DNA of 64,000 nt from Podarcis liolepis (taxonomy: Eukaryota). The notes beneath the pieces were generated by a model. It was not told the origin of the DNA. It saw nothing but the letters and a program-made list of their open reading frames with translations, and made no database searches. The stretch is from the NCBI GenBank assembly GCA_965112155.1, contig OZ218107.1. The stretch is one strand, 5' to 3'. Shown piece after piece: positions 40,100-52,869 of this stretch. Each line of letters begins with the position of its first letter. The first letter of the stretch is position 1. Position numbers and translations under genes: made by a program.

Positions 40100-40527
40100 G
40101 GGTTAGGCCAACAGACCCCCAAATTTTCTAGATCCTTTGAAGAAGATAGTTGACCTTCTAATGTTATGGAGTGTATGTGTGTGTTGTTTATCTTTTGATA
40201 GACAATTTCATGTTTGAATTCTTGAAGAACCCACGGGGAATGGCATCAACTCAGTGTAGTGTTGGTTTTTTAGTTTGTCTAACCATTCTAAAACATTATC
40301 CCTTTTTGTCCTCTATACTGCAATTACTAAGTTGTAGTGGGTGAAATTAATTGTTTGAGTGTGAGTAACTTTCCAACATCTTGTATTATTAAGACTGATG
40401 TATATAATTCATTTATATCCCAGTAGGTCCCCTGTTTCACTGGTTTGTTGTCCTGCAACACATTGGCTGGTTGTTTGATTTTTTGTATTTGATTTAAATA
40501 AATGTTTACCATGAGTGTTTGTATCTC

Positions 40528-40745
40528 TGAACATAAGAACTGTATTGGATCAGGCCAACATTCCCATGCAGTTCAACACCCTGTTTCCGATACTGGCCAG
40601 ACAGGCAACATTGGTCAACTGGGAAGCCCACAACCAGGGTCTGAAGACAAACATTCTCCATTTGTTTGCCCTTGAGCAATTGTAGTTCAGAGATACTTTG
40701 CCTCTGAACTTGGAGGCAACATTTACCGGTCTCAGCTAATAGATG
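40528..40745 (-). mobile_element. CR1 3' tail fragment
   Basis: gaacataagaactgtattggatcaggccaacattcccatgcagttcaacaccctgtttcc parallels the start of the 10400 copy. Confidence 0.6.
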
Positions 40746-42421
40746 TGATGGCCACTGGAAGAGTGTTTTTTGTAGTACAGTATATATTGAATACTGCAGA
40801 TTATGCTCAAAGAGGTTTACAATAACCTTGCTGTCCAGTATTGGACCCTTATTTCATGCTTGGACTTGGGCTGGAGTTGAGAGAGTACAACAACCCACAG
40901 TGCTATTTTTTTGCTTTTATCCCTCAATAGCAGGTTGGGCTGAGGCGGCAGTGTAGTTCACTGTTATACTCCTTTGCAGGTTGGAGGGTAGCTTGCAGCA
41001 GCTGTGCACTATAGTTTATTGTTAATACTGCAGGCCATAGGTGAAACTGAGGCTGCTTTGGACTCCTAGTAAAACAAACAAACAAAAAAACCTGAATCTC
41101 TCAAGTTGCAGCAAAGGTCAATTTACTTAAATTGGTTCCACAACAGACCTCCTCTTCATAGGCCAAATCAGGCATTCAGAAGCCTCATGCTCCATTGACT
41201 TTTATGCAGACTGGTTGCACTTTAGAATGCTCGGAACATAAGGAGCATGTTTGTACTTGAAGTGGAACCCAAGTTAGAGTACTAACCTCTGGTTTTGTCT
41301 TTTTTGCTTCTTCAGTCATAAGCTCAGGTAACACACACAGGAATACACCGCATTATTTTCTTGTGGGGGTCTCACTTGTATTTTACCTAACATTCTTTGA
41401 TCATTTTGTAGAATCTCTTGAACCATTCTGGATGCTTTACCTTTTCCCCTTATTGCTTTGTCACTCAGGCTGTGATGCTTTGTTGCCGGGCTTCCCACTT
41501 GCTCACAGTCATTGCTCTTTAAAGTCATTCTTGTATTTGGAGCTGTGCAGGTACACACTGCAAAGTAACAACCAGGACTTTCTTCTCTGTATGACCGTCA
41601 TTAACATGACTCTGTGGTCAGTGGGAATGAAATGGGAGATCACACTTCCTCCACACAGATCCCCTGTAAGGTCAAACATGAGGGTGGGGCAAAGGCTGCT
41701 GAATCAGTTCTGCAGGAAAGAAGCCACTCCCACTGATGCCAGTAGTAGCTGGTGTGCATGTGCAGTAATGTGAAAACTCAAAAAAGTCAGCATAAAACTA
41801 GTCTCAGAAATCCCAGAGCAAAGGCTTAGAAGTAGTGGTATCAATATAAGCGTGCATGATAGAGAGAGAGAGCGAGAGAGCGCATCACCAAGCAGGCAAG
41901 AAGCAAAAATACTGGTTTAAAAACCCACCTTAATGCAGATCAGCCTTGAGTTAGATGGACCCATGATCTGACTCGGTATAAGGCAGTTGTATGAGTTCAT
42001 ATAACTAATCTTCTTTCCCTTTTTAAATTAAATTTGACTGGTATTCAACTTTCTGGGCAATTATTCACTCACATAGATGCTGAATTTGATAGTGTTCTGG
42101 TCACTGTTTCCAAGTGGTTTGAGACATCTTGCGCCATTCTTGCTTAAAAGAGCCTATTTTTACATTATATAGTAAAAGTTAAAATATTCCGTAACAAAAT
42201 GGAGAATAAAAATAATCTCTTATGACAAGTCTTCCTCCCCCCCTCTTCCTTCTGGTTATCTGTAAAGTATACGCCCATTGTCAGTTTAACAGGGTAGTGC
42301 TTGTATAAACATTCTTGTTTCGCCTGTTCCATGTAATAGTTTCTTGTATCGTATTTCTTCTGACCCCGCTATCTGAAACCAATTATAGGAGATCCATTTG
42401 GGCTGCATCTATTTTCATAAG

Positions 42422-42569
42422 NNNNNNNNNNNNNNNNNNNNNNNNNNNNNNNNNNNNNNNNNNNNNNNNNNNNNNNNNNNNNNNNNNNNNNNNNNNNNNN
42501 NNNNNNNNNNNNNNNNNNNNNNNNNNNNNNNNNNNNNNNNNNNNNNNNNNNNNNNNNNNNNNNNNNNNN
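42422..42569. other. N-run (148 nt)
   Basis: Undetermined or masked bases. Confidence 1.
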
Positions 42570-44311
42570 GTCATTTTTCATTTTAACATCTCAAATGCAA
42601 CAGGCTGATAGGTTAAACATTCCTGTTTTTAACGAAACAATATGAATGACATCTGTTTTCTTTTAGGAAAAAAATTCGAAAAGGAGGAAAACAACATATT
42701 TATAAAATAATTCAGTAATATATTAAGCAATTTCATTCCTGCTTAACACCAAAAAAGAGGTGTAATTAAAACATGTAAAAATGTAGCTCCTGAATATGCA
42801 CGTAACAGGAACTTGTATGTATACACAGAATCTCAGTAACACTTAGCTGTAAAATCCAGAGAATCACACTGGCTCCTAAGATTTACAAACCTGGTTAAAT
42901 ATATTATTATTATCTGTTTAAGGTTTTACAATTATCAAGAGTATATCAGTTTATTTGTATGTTGCTTACAAGTTTAGGAGTCACAGCAATATTTACCCAT
43001 AAATAGTGTGTAGTAATGTGTTCCGAAAGCCACATGATCAATATTTTGTGTAATATTGCCTGTTCTGGACACCTGTTGTCCAGAATGGTATTATTACTTT
43101 AATCCACATCCTCAGTGGCTTTATTGTTTTAAGCTGTGACATGTGCCATACTTTTACTGAATTAGATTACTTTGTTAAGTAAAAATGCTACTTAATTCCA
43201 CACAGATGTTTTTGGAATTTGGACATGACCACCTCACAAACCTCTAAACTGCTACTCATTTCTAAACTGCTCGTTTTCAGTGAAAAGTTGCAATTTGTTT
43301 CATCAACCCATTTTGCAAGTTTTTGCTAATTGTGTTAAAGGGCAGACAGATCTTCATATAAGTTTACAGAATGGGAGACTGGACCTTCTCAGTAATAGTG
43401 CAACCCTGGACTTTGGAGCGCTTTCCCCAGGAAGGAATGTCTGGTGCCAAGTTAACTATAATTTTTGCACCAGGAAAATCATTTTTATTCTTCCAGGCTT
43501 CTGGGCAGCTTTAATGATAGCTACTCAATCCAGGCTTTAGTGTGTGTTTACTGATATTATATACAGTTTAATGCTTTTCTCATGTTTTCTTACATTAGAG
43601 ATACTGTAAATTGTGTTGAGCCCCCCCCCCCGTAAGTCTATGATACTTAAATGATACACATGTCTTACTAAATCAAATTATCCTCAGTTTTGAAAGATGC
43701 ACTAATTCCATCATATGCTAAGCAGTGACAAATTCCATACATCATTCATAACTCACTCATTTATCATGGATTTAACATGAGTAAGTGAATTGACAAAAGG
43801 AGAATTTAAGGTACTCGTCTCTATTTGTTTACCATACATACTTGCATAATTTTATTTGTATGTCTCCTTTCCATAGTTCAAACTATGCTCAAAGTGGCTT
43901 ACACCATGAAAAAATACATTACAACATAACAAAAGCAGCCATAAACAATAAATAAAACATCAGCAAAAACACAACCAAATTGGAACAGATCCCAGATAAA
44001 TCATAAGATTCAAAATAAAGATACAAAAAAATCAATAATAGCAACAACCCCCACAACAAAAACACTTAAAGCCCAGCCCAAGAGTCTACAACCACAATCT
44101 GTACTTCTCACAGTGTTTCAGTTGTCAGCATTTCTAAGATACCCTTTCATACAAATTTAACATTTTAATTCGCATTTAGCAATTGAACACACAAGTTTAA
44201 GACAGGAGAAGGGTGCTCCTTTTACATATAAAATATCCTAGCTTCAGTCCTTGGGGTTCCAGGTAGGAAACCCCTCAGATAACTTGGAGATCCACTTCCT
44301 GTCAGTGGTAG

Positions 44312-44437
44312 AGCATCTTTCCACACCCTGGTGTCCCCCAAATGTTCTGAACTATCAGCCACAACCAGCATGACCAGTGGTCAGGAATGATAAGAGTTGT
44401 AGCCCAGAACACCTGGAGGGCACCAGATGAGAGAAGT
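44312..44437. mobile_element. Decayed hAT-type MITE nested in a SINE
   Basis: ctggtgtcccccaaatgttctgaacta...tagcccagaacacctggagggcaccag inverted arms. Confidence 0.6.
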
Positions 44438-45540
44438 TCTGAGCCAGATGGACCAATGATCTTTTTCAGTATAAGGCAGCTTCCTGATAGGGGCTTGTGC
44501 CATTGTTCTACTTTAATTTCTTACGTGCACATTGCTGAGACTGGCTCCTTGTTTTGCAAACCAGGGATTGCTGTAAACCATTGTACCAGATCAAAGGGAT
44601 GGAATGAGAAGCTGTCAGAGGTTGTGTGCACATTACAGTTTACTCTGCATCAAGTGTGCTCCATTGCTAGGTTTGGAAGCCACATACACACAATATTAGC
44701 CACATCCACATCAATGCTGTAGCTTCTTGAGAAATGCTGCTGTTTGGTGCATTTCCCCCTTCCATCCAGTTAGAAGACGTAAGCCATATTCACTTTACAG
44801 TTAAGCCAAGGGGTGTACATTAGAGACACCAGCAGATAGGTGCACATGCACAGATGACAGCTTCATGAATAGGTATTATGGGGGAGCTTTCCACGGGTGG
44901 GGAAAGCAAACAGGTAATGTGCATCAGGTATAGACACCTCTTCCTCCTCTGTGCTTTGCACGATGCAAATGTGACTTGAAACAGGGGAAACAGCCTCATG
45001 GTGTTTTAAGCTGCCAATGTGTACAGAGCCTGGGAGACAACCTTGGCCATATTCTTCTCCTAAAAGCCCACTGTCCCATCCCTTGATGGTGCTTCCAAGC
45101 CTCCACGGTGCTACTGTAAACCTATAGCTACCGCTCTGCAATCTAAAATATTTTTTGGCTTAATAAAGGCAGACATCTTTTTAGGCTCAGGAATAAATGA
45201 GAGGCCTGCCGTTCCTCGGCAAGCTTTGTGATCCTCTTTTAAAATCTGTTGCACTTGAATTTAAAGCAAGCTAGGGTGGTTTCGTAGGGCTCTTGCTGGT
45301 CTGCAACTACTTGAAAAACCCAAGAAAACAGCAAGAGGATTGTTGTGGGTGTGCTTCAGCCACGTACTGGTGCCTTTTACAGGCGGACAAATCTGTGTTC
45401 TTAGGAGCTGGCGATAGTGCGTGCAGTTTGTTTACTTTGGTTTGCTGTGTCTGCGTGCTTTCTCAGAAAACTTGTATGGAGCCAGACTGTAGCAGCCCTC
45501 TCTCTGTCTTTTCATAATTGATCAGGGGATGACTGCTTTC

Positions 45541-45680
45541 NNNNNNNNNNNNNNNNNNNNNNNNNNNNNNNNNNNNNNNNNNNNNNNNNNNNNNNNNNNN
45601 NNNNNNNNNNNNNNNNNNNNNNNNNNNNNNNNNNNNNNNNNNNNNNNNNNNNNNNNNNNNNNNNNNNNNNNNNNNNNNNN
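45541..45680. other. N-run (140 nt)
   Basis: Undetermined or masked bases. Confidence 1.
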
Positions 45681-46282
45681 TATCTTTAAAAAAGCAGCTC
45701 ATTTGAGTCTAATCAAAACTATACCTTTCTTTACCAGTTTGGCAATTTTAGGGTGCATACTGTTCAGGTAATCATTGCTCTGTATTTGCAAATAGTTTTC
45801 TGTGCCAGTTCTACAGAAAATAAAATAAAACGTAGTTTTAATATTTTCAGATCACAAAGTAGCAACTCACTGGATTTGTTATAGGATAGAAAAGTGAATG
45901 AAGGCATCTTAGTAGTTTCTTATAGTTGGTTTTGAAGGGTTCCTTAAAAAAAAAAGAGACTACTATCCACATTAGTTTTTTCACTTGTGTAGACCACATT
46001 TTAAAGTTAGATATTTTCCTGGTAATTGGCATCTTTCTCTTGTGCTCAGTTTTGTTTTACTTAATTCAAATGAGAAGATTTTTTTAATGCTATATTTTGA
46101 TTGCAGTTCTATCACCCACAGAAGCTAATCTGATTGGCTAGGTAGTGATTTCTTTGTTCTCAGAGTTTACGAAGAATGCAAATGAAAGCCTCTTAATTTT
46201 ATTTGGCATTAAAACTCCACTTTATTTTGTCAAACGAGAGGTTTCCCCTTGAATTGTAAGTACAAAAAAGTGTTTTTAATCT

Positions 46283-46430
46283 NNNNNNNNNNNNNNNNNN
46301 NNNNNNNNNNNNNNNNNNNNNNNNNNNNNNNNNNNNNNNNNNNNNNNNNNNNNNNNNNNNNNNNNNNNNNNNNNNNNNNNNNNNNNNNNNNNNNNNNNNN
46401 NNNNNNNNNNNNNNNNNNNNNNNNNNNNNN
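46283..46430. other. N-run (148 nt)
   Basis: Undetermined or masked bases. Confidence 1.
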
Positions 46431-46766
46431 TGTGAGCATTTTAGCTGAACACTTAAAGACAAGTTCCTTGTGGAGATGAGGCTATTGATGCGGTTTATGA
46501 TTTTTCCTCTTCAAGCACTTTATACAAATTAATGCTATTTCCTTGAGGATTTGTTGCACATATATACTTTTTCACAATATCTTGCATAAGTACTTTCTGT
46601 GGAATTTTCTTGGTGTGTTTAAAGAAAATGGGAAGTCTTCTGTTTTCAGATTGTATAAGGGAAGATCAAATTATGCTTGAAAGTTAACATTGGGTAAGTT
46701 ACAAGCAATAACATTTTCAATTAAATGTTCAAAAATTATTTACCTTGATATTGTATTTACTTGCAG

Positions 46767-46856
46767 GCTTTGCAGGCAGCCAGACAGCTGCTTTTACAGC
46801 AACAGACAACTGGGCTGAAATCTCCCAAGAGCAGTGATAAACAGAGACCATTGCAG
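46767..46856 (+). CDS. FOXP2: FOXP2 internal coding exon (orthologue of human exon 3, about residues 57-86), phase 0/0
   Basis: Acceptor ...tatttacttgcag| and donor |gttagt bound exactly 90 nt. Translation [30 protein letters not shown] matches the recalled human FOXP2 segment at 29/30 residues and differs from the equivalent FOXP1/FOXP4 segments. Confidence 0.97.
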
Positions 46857-48310
46857 GTTAGTAAATCATCTTTACATCTGAGACCTAATCGCTGTAGCAC
46901 TCAAGCACACCTAAATATAGATATACAACTGTACCTTGTTGCATTCTTGCATATTTACATTTTTTGCAAATGGCTTTAGCTTTACTATTAGAACTGTAAT
47001 TTATTAAGAAACGTTACTACGCAAAAAGAACCCCTTTTATAGAAGCTTGTAGTGGCTTAAAAGGTCACAGAGAGTGAAGCAGAACAATCTCGGGTCCAAT
47101 AGGCGCTATACAAATAATCTTCCTACAGATAGCTGGGGAATTTTGTGCACATTCTTCACTCTGAACACTTGGTTGTAAAGTGGCAATTTTTCAGGAATGG
47201 AAAGCTTTCAGAACAATTATCTGAATATGCAAAGAGCAACCCCTCCTGCTATTAGAACGATGTATTTTATCGAACTGGTTGTGTGTTAAGGGCTCCCCCC
47301 GCCCTCTCTTCATATTGTGTAAGGATCCAAAAAGAATGTTTTTATCATGTGCTTCAGCTATTGTTCATAATATTTAATAGAAAAATACGCACAGATTATA
47401 AATATAAATCTTGTTAATCCGATGAGGATAGTGGTGGTTTTTTGTTTTGCTTTTATGGTTGTTTATAAATGACTTAGCAAAAGGAGTGGAACCAGGCCCT
47501 GCTGTCAAAAGCTAGTTCTGACTTGTTTTATGTGAACCAAATATTTGTTATTTCACTGCTGAAAAATGGAAGGTTCTTAGTGTGTGCATATATTCCTAGG
47601 AGTAGTAATAATGTTGTTCTTCCTCTCACAATACAACCCATGCTTTTCTTTACTTCCCTCATAAGTACAGAGAAAGTTTTCAAGCTGATGCCATTGTATC
47701 TAAACAGGCATTTGAGTGAATTCAGTGTTTCACTTTCTTTTAAACCAAAGGCTGATTGAAATGTTACAGGCACTGCATGCAGGCTGCCAAAAATGACTTC
47801 TAGGTGACCGTGCTTCATGTGATATTTGAAATGTTTGAAAGCCACTAACCATGTGGTTAGCCGTAATCACAGGGAGTCTCTTTATGCTGGTGCCATGCAG
47901 TTCATGCGGCTGGTGGTAGTGGGGTGGGGAGCCTGCGCTGCCAGCGGAATCGTTTTGAGATGCTTAAAGTTGCCACATGGAACGCTGCTGTGCGGAGGTG
48001 ATTTTTGACAACTTCCATGTGGGACCAAAATGAGAAGTAGAAAATAGGATATTTACTAGGGATGGCAAATATTTTCTGTGGAAACTAGTAATTGGTGATG
48101 GATTTGAACCCTATCCAAAAGAAAAAAAGCTTTTAGAGTTGTACAAATACTGACTTTCCCAACCCTGAGAACATTATTTTCCTTTGGTTCCGTGCCATTT
48201 AACCCCTAGGTTGCTGCATTTGTCTCCTTGCTGGCTAGTCACGTATATGATCCCACCCAATAATGTAGTGAATGGGGATTGTGTCAAAATGTTGCATAGC
48301 TACATTTGGT

Positions 48311-48337
48311 GTAGTAGTAGTAGTAGTAGTAGTAGTA

Positions 48338-48372
<35 letters not shown>

Positions 48373-48427
48373 TTATTACTTGTACCCTGCCCAACTGACT
48401 GGGTTGCCCCAGTCACACTGGGCAGTT
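48311..48427. repeat. (AGT)n(AAT)n microsatellite forming the tail of a short minus-strand L2 end
   Basis: Repeat 48311-48371, then atttattacttgtaccctgcccaactgactgggttgccccagtcacactgggcag, which is the reverse complement of the 1290-1340 type L2 tail. Confidence 0.85.
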
Positions 48428-51352
48428 GATGGTGCCACTGACGGCAAGTGAAGACAACATAAATAAATAAGTGGACATTTCCCCAGGGGGTGCTGAAATT
48501 TTGCTTGGAAAGAGGAGACATATTTGTTACTGTTTGAAACTGTGAGTACTTTTCTCTCAGGGCTGCTGTAATACAGCTCTGTGCTAGACATGCATGGGGA
48601 CAGGGATTCAGGGCCCTGGATTAGGGCATCCTGTTTGTGCTACATGAAGTAACAGCTTACTCCAGTGGATCCATACACATATGGAAGATCCATTGCTGAT
48701 TATCTTGGGTCATTCACAGATCACTGTGTTGCTCTATGGACCTCTGAACTCTATCTGCCGAAGATGATAGCGTTGCTGTTGTTTCAGGATGAAAGATGTG
48801 AGTAAAGAGCCTCTGATTTTCCCAGTGTTGCCTCTGCAATACTACGTAAAATGTAGCATCCAAAGTAGCCCTTACTTCAGCCTTTCAAATATTACTCCTT
48901 GAACAAATAGAATGTTAAAATGAATTCAGAAGTTGTTATCCAAGGATAACAGATGATGTAAAAAGAGAACACAAAGTCTTCATTCAAACTTCATGATAAA
49001 CCATGGTTTATTTGAGTGGAAATGAGCCACAGTGAGCCTTGGTGTTGTCTGCTTCCCTGCCTTCCTTCTCTGGCGCAGCAGCAAGGAGGGATTTGAAAAA
49101 TTTTCTTCCATTTTTGATTAATCACAGCTTGTAGATGCATTCAGGCCTCACAGACGGTCATTGCTGGATGGGTTTGTTTGAAAGAAGCCAACTTCAGATT
49201 TTTTTCTGCAAACCGTAGTTAAGGTTTGCTATAGTTTAGGATCCAAATGTAACACTAAACTGCAGTTAATCAAAATTAGACATAAAAGCTTGCTTTCTCC
49301 TTACAGCTACTCCAGAGGAGAGGGGAGGTAGACCTTGTCCCTATCATGAGGAATAAAGGAGAGTGTTTACTGACTTCTGATTCTGAGTAAATGCAGTTAT
49401 ACTTTAAAGCTCTGATTTGTCTCTTAAGCTTGGTCTTCTAGTTAAGTAAGTTAAGAAATTAACTTAACATATTTATATGCATCTAACATAATTTGAATTT
49501 GACACACATGGGGGGGGGGTAGAGAATTTTATAACGAAACCTTGAAATTTATATCAAGGATTGGTGCTGAATATAGCCCACTGAGTCTGTCTCTAGACAA
49601 TACCACTCTACCATAGCCACAGCCCTCACCAGTCCTGCTCATTGCTATTCTTGAATATGTTTGCGTGGCTGGAAAGAACTTGTGAACTGTGATAATGCCT
49701 CTTGCTTACCTTCATGGAGTTTGGAGAGATGTATGGGTGTGACCATGTAGAATCTTCTGACTTTTGTGTGGCTAGAATGCTGTACAAAGGTAGGAGTCAC
49801 CTCTATTGTTCCCCGCCTCACTATTCTTTATAGTCCCATCCACATTTACCTCTGACCCTGCCCACGCCCAGCATATGGTTCCCAGATGTTTTCTCATGAG
49901 AGTACATGGCCCTCAGGCTAAAAAACGGTTTGCCTCTCCTGGTTTATATATTTCTGATATTAACTGCCAATACAAAGCTCTGTGTTGTTCATTGGGTAGT
50001 GGAAATTTATATTGAATTTGTGACCCCATGGGTCACAAATAGTGACACTTCCTTTATTTTTGTTAAGCCATATTTAGTGTTGACTTGTTCCAGTATTTCA
50101 CTGATGCAATTGTATTTAAAAAAGAACATTTAAAAGCCTGGTGTGCTAGGATTGGTGCAGTCTTAAGCTGCGGTCCTATACTCACTTATTAAACTGTAAA
50201 TGTCATTGAACACAGTAGCTGCATTTGCACAATCAAATCCAGACTACTCAGCCCCTTTGCTCTGGCTTTGCCAGAAGCTGTTAACCATGATAGAGCCTGC
50301 TGGGGAGGGTTCCTGACTGTATTGATATTCCTGGTTCACATGTAACAAGAAACTGTGGTTTGCTGTGGCTTCCTTGTTTGTTCCCTGCTCACACATGAAT
50401 GAAGTAGGAGTGAAGGGGATGTGTGCAAACACACTAAACTTGTGAATAATTTGGCTCATTAAGCGAGGATTTAATAGTGCAAACTGGGTTTGTGGGACTT
50501 AGGGTTACCAAAAGACAGGTACAGAAGGTACTGATCTACCGGACCCATAGCTTGCAAGGCCCCCAAGACTGATCTTTCATTTAAAAAAATTCAATTCTCT
50601 AGCCCTTCTAAAAAGTTATGAAGCAAAATGTGCAGATACCTTTCTGATTTCTGTGTGATGACCAAGCCTGTGTCTTGTCACCATTCAGTGTTTTTAGCCA
50701 ATGAGTGAAATCAGAGTTGTTTTTTGGGGAAACCAGGCAATAGGAATCCCTGTTTTTCCTATAAACCAGGATGCCTCATTCCTGTGGGGCTTTCATCTGA
50801 GATCAGGTACTCCCTATAAATTATTTTTTGCTCATTCTACTACATGCAAGTGGATGTTAAAGAATCCCCCACTCTGCTCCCCATTGACAAATGCAAAACT
50901 CACTCCTAGGTCAGTGGGTACAGAAGTGCAGCCTTGGTTTTGGTTTAGGGTTGGCATTGAGGGAAGCAGGATTCTTGTGCTTTTAAGAAGTGTGTGACGG
51001 GCAGAAATCCAACAGGTAAAGGTTTTTCTCCTATGGAAATACAATTATAGGAAAAGCTTTACCCATTCACATTCTGTTACACATTTTATGATGCTTACAA
51101 CCACTGATTTATTTTGAGGGCCTCAACTCCACCTGCAAAAAACATTTACCTACAACACAAATCATATGCACATTTTATATAAATCAATGTCCTCTTCTAC
51201 AGCCAGACTGGAAAGCCCAATTCACATACAGAGTGAATTGAGCCCAGAAAATCCTGTAAGCACCCCTTCTTACAATCTTAATTTTTTACCAGGGTGTAAT
51301 CCCCATTGATTAATTGATTGATTGATTGATTGATTGATTAGTGTAATCCCCA

Positions 51353-51478
51353 TAGTCATGCTGGCCACATGACATGGAAGCTGTACACCGGCTCCCTCGG
51401 CCAATAAAGCGAGATGAGCACCGCAACCCCAGAGTCGGCCACGACTGGACCTAATGGTCAGGGGTTCCTTTACCTTTT
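51353..51478 (-). mobile_element. Sauria SINE 5' portion
   Basis: Reverse complement reads aaaggtaaaggaacccctgaccattaggtccagtcgtggccgactctggggttgcggtgctcatctcgc...catgtggccagcatgacta. Confidence 0.88.
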
Positions 51479-51944
51479 TAATCCCCATTGAACACAGTGG
51501 AACTTACTTCTGAGTAAATATGCATATAGATTCCAATGATAAGAGATTTAATCCAGAAGTGATCCTCAAAGAACTCAGCAGAAGATTCTCAGAAGTAAGC
51601 GGGTTTAGGATCAGATTGAAGTAAATGAAGAGGTCCAGCATAGCCCATCAGCATCTTAAAGGGTTTCATATTAATGTGTTTCTAATTTCCTCTGTTTTGG
51701 CACAACTGACTGATCTGGCAAATGGAGACAGGTTGGAACTGCATTATAAGTCTCATAAAAAAACCTAATAAAACTTTATACCTGGCTCACACATCAGCAA
51801 GCAAATGGGGAGCATTAGGTAATGTTTGCCATCACATCTCCTGTGTATACCATGTTTTTATTTAAAGGCAAAGCTGATTTATATAATGTGGTATTTATTT
51901 AAATGAAAGTTCTATACAATGCATGTCTTTTTATTATTTTCTAG

Positions 51945-52002
51945 CAGATAATGGGCTTGGTTATGTTGGCAAATCCGTCAGTTGAAAATTACTGCAAACA
52001 AC
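51945..52002 (+). other. FOXP2: Candidate 58-nt alternative cassette exon (possible FOXP2 exon 3a orthologue)
   Basis: U-rich tract tcttttttattattttctag|cag (NAGNAG) and donor aac|gtaaat. 58 nt long, about 5 kb after exon 3, in non-repetitive sequence. Confidence 0.55.
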
Positions 52003-52869
52003 GTAAATTTACACAATAGCAGTTGTAGAAGGGCCCTTTTCCTGTGTTTTTTGTGGGGGGTGGGGGTTAAATCATGTGCATCAAACAACTCTATCAAATA
52101 TTTCTAGAAAAGTGCAGACTTCCTTCCAAAGCAGTATGTTGGTACTTCTCTTGAAAATACATTTCACTGTGGTCACTTGTACTGCACGTTCATTAAAAGT
52201 GGTTAAACTATTGAGCCTTTAATTTTAAAAAATCATCTTTTACTGGACCACAGATAAATGCTTTGGAAGAATGAATCATAGTTCCCATTAGGACATTGCT
52301 ATGTTGATAGCAAACTAACAGTGATAGATGGACTGGCTGCTGAGTGTTAAGGCTTTATTGAATAAAAATGTGTTAGCTAAAGCAGGGCTTGTGCCTTGAA
52401 CACCCTGAATTTGACCATGAACTTAAGTTCTATATGTGTACCAACCATAGATTCACTGTCGCCAAAGGTTTATCTCTCAGCCTCTTCTCCCATGAAACGG
52501 AAAAAGAGCATTTTAAACTCTCCTGAATTTTGGTGCCGTAACCTCAAAAGGAAACTCAAGGTAAAAACCACATGCACAGTGGAAATAGTTTTCCTTAAGC
52601 ATCTTTGATACCAAAGCTACCAAAAAGGAAAAATACATGTAATATACAATATAAAGTATATAACTCTCTGAGTTTTTAAGGAGCTTAATGCACATTACCT
52701 CAGTAATCCTAATAACTCTTTTTAATGTAGGTCAGTATTATTTAAATTTGGCAGACTTAGAAACACAACTTCAGCTGACCTTTGGGATAGCTATGAAAAG
52801 GGGAAAATCTAATAATAATAAGTGAATGTTCATATGGCACGTTCACACAATAGAGAGCTGAATTTCTGC

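Larger units (their letters stand above)
1..46766 (+). other. FOXP2: FOXP2 intron upstream of exon 3 (partial; preceding coding exon lies outside the window)
   Basis: No MMQESATETISN-coding exon found upstream. FOXP2 is known to have very long 5' introns. Confidence 0.85.

Noticed and set aside
46761-46979. ORF-track protein MQALQAARQ...CKWL as a standalone gene
   Set aside because: Only 46767-46856 is exonic. The 'start' is a TTG inside the splice acceptor and the remainder is intron read-through.
43545-49370. Several TGTTTAC forkhead motifs around exon 3 as an autoregulatory cluster
   Set aside because: A 7-mer recurs by chance in AT-rich DNA. Enrichment cannot be shown without a count against background.
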